This document shows positions 12,614 through 22,800 of a DNA stretch of 64,000 nucleotides, in pieces; the stretch's first letter is position 1; each line of letters begins with the position of its first letter. The translations under genes and the position numbers were made by a program. The stretch is from positions 248,001 through 312,000 of the forward strand of contig CDROCS010001053.1 of assembly GCA_977020255.1 (NCBI GenBank), given 5' to 3'. The stretch is from Obrimoposthia wandeli (Eukaryota). The notes under the pieces are model-generated. The model was not told the origin of the DNA. It did not search any database and saw only the letters and a list, made by a program, of their open reading frames with translations.

Positions 12614-13110
12614 TTATAGAAAAGATAACAAGATGTAATAAGATACATTTTCTAAAATCAAATCAACAATTTCTGGATAATCAAAATTTTTCAATCCCAA
12701 TATCATAACTTTACCACTGAAAAATATATTTACACATAACGGTTTAAACTTCAAATAACTGAGAGCAGGAAAAATTTCTGGTTCAAACATGCATTCTTCT
12801 TTCACTTTCTCTGCAGTTTTAAAAAGATTTATCTGTTTCCCAAGATTAGCCGAAATCGTGATTGATTGTATTGCAGTGATTCGAATTCCAAATGGTAAAT
12901 TGAACCCAAGCATTGGTATTTTGCATCCCATAACACGACAATTTCCTAAAAGAATTCAATATGAAAATAAAAAAACTAACCTGTAGGAAAAATAACAACT
13001 GTGAAATTGTCAAACTTTTCCACATATTGTCTCGGTTTCCATTCATTGAATGGTAAGTGCGAAACATCATCTTCTGTTCTACCTTTATAATTTATATTTA
13101 CGAGTTTCAT
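12614..13110 (-). CDS. TATA-binding-protein-like protein, 153 aa, two exons (13110-12981; 12945-12614)
   Basis: Removing a 35-nt GTTAGT...TTTAG intron gives an uninterrupted ORF. Repeat 1 is FTVVIFPTGNCRVMGCK; repeat 2 is FEPEIFPAL...VNIFFSGKVMILGLK (compare TBP YEPELFPGL...LLIFVSGKIVLTGAK). Confidence 0.8.
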
Positions 13111-14495
13111 TAGACAAAAATTGTATTCTGTAAAATCTTCTTTATATATGTCTGAACCTGCTTTTTTATTGCACGTTTCTTGTAATTATCTTGCAAACCT
13201 AATATAATTGGATGATATATTTATTCCAATCAAATTTGTTTTTTAATATGGATTTAGTTAACCAATGAGATTCATGTTTTTGTTAGAAATTAGTATAAAA
13301 GAATGCACCATTGGAGGACAAATCACAGTAAATGCATTCATATCAAAGACAATTATCAACGTTGGAGGATAGCCAACGGGTATTAAACGGTGACGAAGAT
13401 TCGGAAATATTTGAAGAATCGGATAAGGATATGTATGAAAAAGTGAAACAATATTTCAAATACAAAGTCAGATTCTTGAAGAAGGCTCAACTGATTGCTT
13501 TAGTAAATCCTGTGACAATTGAAAGAAGAAAGTTCAGCTACTATCTCTCAAATATCCAAAAACCAGATTTTCAATAACTTAAACAGAAAATTGAAAAGGC
13601 AGTTCCGAATTTTACTTTCAATAAGAACGAATTTTATATCCTAGGACCAGATGAAGCATTTCTAGATGACTATGGAAGATATGTTGATATTGATGCGTTT
13701 CCGAAAAAGAAGCAATGGACTGTAACAATTCGACTTTATGGTTACAAGAAAGATGAAATGGGAACAAAGTTGCCTATGTGGAAAATTGAACGTGCTCATA
13801 TTTCTATGTTTTAACTTTTGCGTGTAATAAATTGTAATCGGTTTTACTATGTTTCTTTCATTTAATAATCAGTTTTATTTTTTAAATATTTGTATCTTAT
13901 ATGTATTTTATGTGTATTTTTTTATAAACATTATTTTTAATCAGTTTCCATATTTTAGAATGGATAAGAGATGTGTTGCAAATTTTTATTATCCAGAAAG
14001 AATTTCAAAAGGAAAACTATGTAATATATTAAAGAGGCATCAAATTATACGAGTTATGAATCCTGTGAAAATATCAAAAGTGAAGAATAAATATCTCATC
14101 GAAATTTTAACAACATCTGATTTTGATTAATTGAAAAATATTTTGGGATTTTACATTCCTGATTATATATATGAAGGAATTTGTTTCCAGCTTGAAACTG
14201 ATCCCAGTCTAGATTTTAAAGATGATCTAGGATATTTGATTGCTCCAAGTCTAGATGAAGAACTATGGAATATCTCAATACGTCTCAATGGATATTTTGC
14301 TGATGACGGGAAAATGCAGCCTCTTTGGACTTTGAGTGAAGCCAATATGTTGTTTAATGTTTAATAAATGTTTTGAAAAATAATTTTGACTCGTATTTTG
14401 TTTTTTCTCCTCTAAATTAAATAGATCTGACCGATTTTTTATCCTATAAATTCTAAAACTGACATAGATATTTAACATGTAAGGATATTTGATCA

Positions 14496-14774
14496 TCACT
14501 TTCACCCATCACCCACCGATTTTCACCCAACACCCGTCGACTTTCACCCATCACCCAACGACTTTCACTCAACACCCATCGACTTTCACCCAACACCCAT
14601 CGACTTTCACCCAACACCCATCGACTTTCACCCATCACCCAAGGAAGTCTGTGATATACACTAGTCCCGAGCCTTTCGCCCATCACCCAAGGAAGTCTGT
14701 GATATACACTAGTCCCGAGCCTTTCGCCCATCACCCAAGGAAGTCTGTGATATACAGCAGTCCCGAGCCTTTCG
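14496..14774. repeat. Subterminal tandem repeats: ~21-bp units, then three 48-bp units
   Basis: (CACCCATCGACTTTCACCCAA)n, followed by CCCATCACCCAAGGAAGTCTGTGATATACACTAGTCCCGAGCCTTTCG x3 at 14631, 14679 and 14727. Confidence 0.9.
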
Positions 14775-14916
14775 CGCCTAGAGACGCGAAAAATGTTTTT
14801 GGGATCCCCCCTGTCCTTTAAAACCATGCATTAGTGTGGAGTGAAATTTCACTCCACACACATGCACGGTTTTAAAGGACAGGGGGTGTCGATTAGACCG
14901 GACACATCCACCTACT

Positions 14917-15170
14917 CACGGGTAATCAGTAGGCATTTTGTAATGTCTTGGTCTCCCAGAATCCCGGATCTTAATCCAATAGATTTTTACTTCTGGAGTT
15001 ACCTGAAATATAAAGTGTATGAAAAATCGTTTAACTCATTGGATCAAAAAGAAAGAATTAAATTCTGTATTGAAGAAATAAAACTATTAGATTTCGAAAA
15101 AGTGATAAAAAATATACCGTTAAGACTTCAAGCAATTATTGAACAAAATGCGGACATATTGAACATTATG
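14917..15170 (+). mobile_element. Tc1/mariner-superfamily transposase C-terminal fragment
   Basis: SWSPRIPDLNPIDFYFWSYLKYKVY...RLQAIIEQN matches the WPPRSPDL.P.DF.LWG.LK.KVY motif; cut by the Polinton end. Confidence 0.8.
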
Positions 15171-15489
15171 ATAGATTTATATAAATCCCTTTTTGTTTAC
15201 AATCTTTCTATTAGTGTTTTTTAAAATATATATATTATATTGCTTTGTGATTTGAATTTATAATAGTTAATTTTTCTGTAAGACACTATATGGAATTCAT
15301 TTTTCATTATGATATTCATTTATGGGGAATGGTAAGTTTTGATTAGTGTGCGTTTATCGTTAATTTAACTTTATAATAGGTTATGGAATTCAGCTTTATA
15401 CCCATATTATTCAGTTTGACCCAGTGTATTTTTTCTAAACTGTCTTTCGAGAAAACGTGTATGTCAATATGTATTACATATATAGTACA

Positions 15490-16455
15490 TACTGTTTAAT
15501 TTGATTTTTTTTCTTCTTCAATAAACAAGTACAAAATCGACACTGAAACAAATTAATAGACAACTCCTTTATATTTGATGCATACAAAATATAGTGTGAA
15601 TATAGAATCAGATTTGGGACAATCAATTGAAAACTAGGAATACAGTAAATTGAAGTTTTTAAAATATCTAAAAGAAAAGAGTAAAATAATAGTTAGAAGG
15701 ACAAATCAACTTCTTTGTGACTGCGTATAATCAGAAGCCCAATCTTGTGGACAATGGTAGACCAGACTTGGACTATTGGTGTTTAACTGTATTTGTAAAA
15801 CAATATTAGCACATTTTAAATTTTCCATAAAAAGTTCCAAAATATATTTAACTAAACTAATATTTGCTTGTCTAATTTGTCTTACAAAACAACGTGAATG
15901 TGAATAATTTAAACGAGATGTAGGTGAGCTAAATAATTTCATGAGTTTAAATTTGCAGATACTTTATGTTATAGATATAAGCAAAATAATAAGTGGACTT
16001 AGCAATTTAAATTGGGTGTATGCAAATTCTCAATAAAGTCCAAGAGTCAAAGTTGAAAGTTTTTTTTCATTTTAAACCATGTACTAAAATAGATTTTGAC
16101 AAAATAAATATTTGTTCAAATATATATGTTACAGACAGTATAATTTGATTTTTCATCTTCAAAAAACAAGCTCAAAATCGACAATGAGATAAATTAATAG
16201 ACAACTCCTTTATATTTGATGCATACAAAATATAGCGTGAACGTAGAATCAGATTTTGCACAATCAATTGAAAACTAGGAATACAGTAAATTGAAGCTTT
16301 TAAAATATCAAAAAGAAAAGAGTAAAATAATAGTTAGAAGGACAAAATCAACTTCTTTGTGACTGCGTATAATCAGAAGCCCAATCTTGTGAACAATGGT
16401 AGACCAGACTTGTACTATTGGTGTTTAACTGTAATTGTTAAACAATATTAGCAAA
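15490..16455. repeat. Direct duplication of ~320 bp (15490-15815 and 16138-16455)
   Basis: Near-identical blocks, e.g. AATTAATAGACAACTCCTT...CTTCTTTGTGACTGCGTATAATCAGAAGCCCAATCTTGTG. Confidence 0.85.
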
Positions 16456-16703
16456 ATTACAAATTTCCATATAACATGTTATAACACTAAACTAATACTC
16501 ACAGGTCGGATCTGTGTAAATTCCAGAATAAAATTGAGCAAAATCCAAAAATCTTCAATATAATACAACCGTAATGAAGAATAAATCATGACCGAAGCAA
16601 TATTAAGCTAGTAAATAAGCTATAAAAAACACAAAATATGTACTACTCACAGGTTTAAGCAGACTGTAATTAGTGAAAATATACTATCAGATTATTGCCG
16701 AAA

Positions 16704-16865
16704 TCAAACTGAAACTTTAATTTTGTCACCGTACAATGACATCAGTAAAATGGCCAGGTATCCGAGTATAAGGCCGAAATTTTGAATAACGAATACAGTA
16801 AAATTCGACATATATGCCATCTCTTCTTGAGAACGATTCTCCAACAAGGCACTTATTTCTGGCAT
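16704..16865 (-). CDS. ZIP transporter last exon (TM8)
   Basis: CCAG|ATGCCAGAA...[27 protein letters not shown]. Confidence 0.9.
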   Translation of the reverse strand: MPEISALLENRSQEEMAYMSNFTVFVIQNFGLILGYLAILLMSLYGDKIKVSV

Positions 16866-19800
16866 CTGGTAATGGAAGAGAATTATTTTTAATGTTATTT
16901 GAAACTGTTTAATGCAATTGTTAAAATACAAAAAATAAATGTTAATCAAATTTTTAAATTTTATAAATGTAAACTTTTCTATTTGAAGGAAATTAAGATT
17001 TATTTATTATTTATTGGTTGCTGTTAGATTCAATTACAAACGTGAACCAAGTATTTCAGTTTACTGTTTACTGTTATTTTTTCAACTCATAGCCTGTATT
17101 TGAAGTACCATTTCATATAATCTTTTCGGTATCTACTCACCATATCGACGAGACTGATGTATAGGAACATTCCCCCGGCTATTGCGAATACCCAGACCGC
17201 TCCTGAGGTTAGCTCACCCAAAACAGCACCGATTATGAAACCCAGATAACATGTACACGCAGATATCCAGTTCCAACAAAGCGCCTTTCGAACCGTCATG
17301 CCGGCATTGAGGAGGATCGCAAAGTCACCTAGAAGAAAATTAGCAGCCATACTCAGGAATTTATAAACTAATCTTAGATTTTAAGAATGCTTCTGTCAGT
17401 GACCAGTATATTACCTCAAATCACGTTGTAGTAACTTTTGATTTAAAAATATTAACTTTGAAAGAACACACAAAAGAAATGATTCGATATCTATTCAATT
17501 ACAATAAATAATTTTCCAATTGCACTCAAATAATTATTAGAGATTTCCCAAAACACCACAGATGATGTAACAGAACTAAGAAGTGAATGCAATTCCTTTT
17601 CAGAAAAGATTTTCACAACAGAAACTTAAGCATGTTCCGAAGCATTTAGAAATTTAAATTCCAGGTTCAATCAATTTAAGAGTATATAAAGTTAATAAAA
17701 GATTTATGATTAAAGAATGATTAGGAAATGACACTGCAATATTAGATGATTAATGCTCATGATCTATTCGGGAAATAAGGTAATACACCACCATGTTTCG
17801 GCCGCCTTCTAATATCGGATCTACAATACTCGAGTACACATATTTGATTATATCCATTTTTGAAATTTATTGCCGTCTTTGAAGACAAATGTTCATTACC
17901 TAGGATCCAATAGAAAATTTTATGCATCAAGACCTAAACTGACTGATATTTTTGAGTCAAATGCAACATCTACAACACCAAAACATTTTCCAATTTTTAA
18001 AGAATTTAAATATCAACAAACTTACACAAGTTACATTCTTTGAGAATCTGTGAAAAATAAACATAATTTTTTTATTACAACATAAGGTTTTAAAAATATT
18101 CCTCATCAATATTTACCCTCTTCAATTGTACAAATAGATTCTTTCATTAAACTCTTACAAGCAGTTTTAAGATCATTTTTCTTTACTATACTTTTATCAT
18201 TATCAACAATATTCTTAGGAAAATCATTAATCCCTGTATCCTGATAAGGATTTAAATATATTGCATTTCATTTTTTGATTTCATAATATAAATTTCAGTT
18301 TTTAACTTTCCTGTCTAAGCATCATTTTTCTTAGACTATATAGCCTTTTAAACTACAGTAGCAATCCCACCAGCAGCACCTGCAGTTCCTCAAACAATTG
18401 TCATTTTTAAAGCTGCCTAAGGTAAAATACATTTTTAAGCTTCTTTATCTTTTACAATTTTTATAATGTTTTATCAATCCAAACTTTTTTTACCATTTAT
18501 TTATATTCTTTTCGCTTTTCCCAAGTTTATTAAATAGCTTAATTTTTCTTCCATTTTTATCTATAAAAATATGGATAACATGTTGTTACCTGTATGGAAA
18601 ACTAAATATAGTTTAAGAATAAAATATTATCTAATAATTTCAGATTGCCAATTGTAGGATCTCCTGAATTCACTAAAAATATATTTATGTTAAAAAATAA
18701 TGCTAACTAATAATTTCTTCGATTATGAAAATTTAATATTTTTTAGTCCCACTATAAATCAAAAAGAATTCAAAATTGTAAAGAAAGTTTTAATAAAAAG
18801 AATTTAATAATATTTAATCATGTTGCAAATATGAAAGATCAATTGATACAGAAATCGTATTTTACACGGGAAAAACATGATAACTGTAATATCATCTATA
18901 TCTCAAAAAATTATTACAGGCTTAATAAAACGATATTCGTCAAGATTCATATTTTTTAAACTTTCTAAACGTGATGCAGATTTATCATGATTTATTTTCT
19001 AATATTGAACAAGATACAAAAACTTAGTACATTAGAATTTTTATATATTTACTTGATTCGTGAAAAAGAAATTGTCCTAGATACCCTATTTTAATTTACT
19101 ATGGGCTTAGTACAAATAAGTATAAACTCGACTGAGAAAATAATAAACAATTTAAATATATTTTAAATAAAAGTGCTATTCTTAAATTTCAACCTTATAG
19201 TAGTACTAGAACAAAGGTCAGGTGAGATAATATTTCAATCTGCTCAAAATCCTAATCCTTTAGATAATTGTAATGCATATTTATATTATAAGATAGAATT
19301 ACAAGATATTACAGATGGTGAAAATGTTACATTGGAAAATAATTTATTTCCGAATCTATTTTCTGATTTGAAATTAAAACTTGAATCTTCTTCAATTGAA
19401 GAAATTACAGATTTTAGACCTTTTAAAAGAATGTTAAATCTTATATTTACTGATAAAGATTATAAAGATACATACGGGCAAGCATCCTGATACTGATAAA
19501 GGATATACAGTCGGTAATGAATGATTTCACTTAAGAAAGCAACTATATAATAAATTAGATATATTTGAGGGATACTTTCCTTTAAAACGTATTTGAATTT
19601 TTACAAAATTACAATAATTTTATACATAATTGTTTTTATACAGTTAACCTGTGTTAAACAAATAAGTAATGAACGACTGATTTTGGTGCTGCAGGAACTG
19701 AAGTTAAATTAAAATTAACAGATTTAGAATTATAAATACTTGAATGGACTTTAAATCTTACAATTGAATTAAATTTTTTAATCAGGCTAACAATTAATAA

Positions 19801-22800
19801 ACCCTAACAAAATTAATTATCAAAATATAATATGTTCATCATGTGATATTTCATCAGGATCAAGTATATCAGGTAGACTATGTTCATTAGCATATAATCC
19901 TAGATATATTCTGATGGGGTTTAAAGAGAAAAACATTACATTTCAAAACAATAATGACTTATTTACACAATATTCTTCAACAACTAATACAGCAAGTTCA
20001 CCAGTAACAAACAAACAGTATTTATAATCCTTACAGATTCAACTAAATAATACACTCCTATAGACTTTAATGAGGATACAAATCTCCAATTCTTTCCATA
20101 TCATAAATATATAAACATGTGTAAAACATCAGATTGTAACCCCAAATTATCATTAATAGATTTTTTCATTTTATATCCTATTTATTTGTTTGATGTTAGT
20201 GATTAAGATGATAGGTTGTCAATAAATAATATTGATGTATATCTCCATATCACTTAATATTCGAATTTTGAAGCTACATCGTACGCTTTAATCTTAGAAA
20301 ACTAAAAAGTGAAATAGGACTCTAAAGGATGCTAAGATTTCGTTCATAGAAAATATTAAAAGGTCTATTAAATGTATAGTTTGTTTATAAATATAGATTA
20401 ATATCAAAGGTTATTGATGATAGTGTTAATAAACTTTTGATAAAGGCTTTGAAATATTGTAAACTTAATGATGATAAAATCAAATATCTAAAAAACTTTT
20501 TAATAATTGCAGAGCTTACATATTGAAAATTAAAATCTAAACAGAATATGTAAAAGTTAAAAATCGTAATGTACCATTCGTATATAATCAGAAAATAAAA
20601 ATTATATCGAATTAGCAAAATAATATAGAAAATTGTATTAAATCAGAAATCTGTAGTTAATCAAAATATCCATAAGGATATGTGTTAATGCCATTATTAG
20701 AAATTACTATTTTATCATCGAAAGGACACAAAACATTTTTATTTGTTCTGTTAGAAACATTTTTTGATAATCACTTGATATCTTTAATTATTTAAATATT
20801 TGGTTTCTTTATTAAATAATGTATTACAGATTTGCTGAAGTAAAACTTACGTTTACCATTATCACGTTTTACATTTATAATATCAAGTAGAGCTTTACGA
20901 TGTTTTTCGAGTGTAGACTTGTGTTTACCAACATTAACGTTACCTTTGACGATATTGAACAGAGTTTCAATCTATCTGTGATTAACAAAAGGTGGAAAAG
21001 ATGTCAGAATACGTAATCTATGTGAAGATTGAGTTTTCAATAGAAGTAGGTGGATGTGTCCGGTCTAATCCACACCCCCTCCCCCCCTACTGTCCTTTAA
21101 AACCGTGCATGTGTGTGGAGTGAAATTTCGTGTAGGTGTGTGGAGTGAAATTTCGTGTATGTGTGTCTTCATCCCACCCAAAGGGGGGAAGGAAGGGGGG
21201 TACCCCCCCACCACATTTTTTAAAAATTTTACCACGAATCTCAAAAGTGGTTAGAGAAGACCACGAGAATCTATATTGACCCCGGCGGCTTTTCGCAGAC
21301 GAGATTTCAAATATTACTACTATTTTTAAGAAAGATTTTAGATTAATAAATTACTACATGTTAAATATCTATGTCAGTTTTAGAATTTAGAGGAGAAAAA
21401 TCGGTCATTCTCCTCTATAATTTAGAGGAGAAAAAAACAAAATACGAGACAAAATTATTTTTCAAAATATTTATTAAACATAAAACAACATATTGGCTTC
21501 ACTCAAAGTCCAGACAGGCTGCATTTTCCCGTCTTCAGCAAAATATCCATTGAGACGTATTGAGATATTCCATAGTTCTTCATCTAGAATTGAAGCAATC
21601 AAATATCCTAGATCATCTTTAAAATCCAGACCGGGATCAGTTTCAAGCTGGAAACAATTTCCGCTCTTGCTGCTGCTTCTCCTTCGTCTCCTTCGCTCAC
21701 CACCGACGAGTATTGTCTAAGTAAGTCAATGTACTGCGCCGGTGGTGGCGTTCGCTGCTGTACTGGAGAGAGATCCCCATACAGTTGAACCTCCGTCTCT
21801 TCATCCAAATCAACGTTGTTGAAAATTGACATTATTTATTCTTGATTAATGATATTTGATTTATGAAAAATAATGAAAAGAGGTTTCCTTATATACAAAA
21901 ATAATAGACTAACCTCTTTTGTCGTCCAATGAGAGCGGGTTATTCAAATAATTTATTTGAAAATCAGTTGGCTTTTCTCAATTTTTTAACTATGTTTGAA
22001 TGCTGGAATGTCATTGGATAAAACATATTTTATTCGAAAATATAACTATTTTCTTAAGATTTTGTTGCTTAAGTTTAACGTCCAATGAAAACGTATTATT
22101 CAAAGAATTTATGGTATTTTCTTAAATTTTGTTGATGTTTGAATACATGTATATCTTTGGATTTAAAATAGTAATATTTTTTTGACTGTACATGTTTGGA
22201 TGGTATAAAAAATTCATGAACTCATTTAAGGTCAAGTTAAGGTCATGACCTTATGAGGTCATTACAGGTCATCATGAGGTCAAGGGTACAAAGTTGTCTA
22301 GGTCATCATGAGATCAAGATCATTTATGGTCATTTAAGGTCATCGTGAGGTCAAGGTACAAAGTTGTCTAGGTCATCATGGGGTCAAGATCATTTAAGGT
22401 CATGATGACTAATTTGATGACTCACCAAATAAAAATGAAAATTATTTCGAATTTATGTAGTTGATTATTTAAAATTTTTTGCGACCCTATATATGTATCT
22501 TTCTTATAAATTCTTATAAAGAAAATTTTTTTTACCACCTTATATATATGTATGGATATAAATTTTTATAAGAAAAATTTTTTCGCCCCCCAGGCCGCGA
22601 AAAATTTTTTTTCGCGAGCCTGTATGTATTACTCGATGATCCACCGCGGACCCGGAGAGCGCGCGTGGCCCGCGGTGGCCCAATGAGCGCAGCGAGTTGA
22701 TCCACCGCGGGCCCAGAGGGCACGCTTTGGCCAATTTACGGCCTCTCAGGACCTTAATCAAAATTTTGGGAGCATTATAAGTTTTTTTAAATTTAAAGGG

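Larger units (their letters stand above)
4917..14916. mobile_element. Fold-back (inverted-duplicated) Polinton/Maverick derivative, 10 kb
   Basis: Ends are AGTAGGTGGATG (4917) and CATCCACCTACT (14916). Arms ~5192-10184 and ~10369-14483 carry the same gene set in opposite orientation. No matching 6-bp TSD (ACAGTT vs CACGGG). Confidence 0.9.

Noticed and set aside
12614-13110. Host TBP gene
   Set aside because: Too divergent from canonical TBP and embedded at a fixed position in three Polinton copies.
14631-14774. Possible CRISPR-like array
   Set aside because: Units are head-to-tail with no unique spacers, there are no cas genes, and the context is eukaryotic.
14453-14827. Overlapping ORFs on both strands (HRLPWVMGERLG / THHPSTFTQ repeats)
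   Set aside because: They are translations of the 21- and 48-bp tandem repeats; there is no independent coding evidence.
4911-14922. Target-site duplication around the fold-back element
   Set aside because: The flanks ACAGTT and CACGGG do not match, and the left flank does not continue the right-flank transposase.
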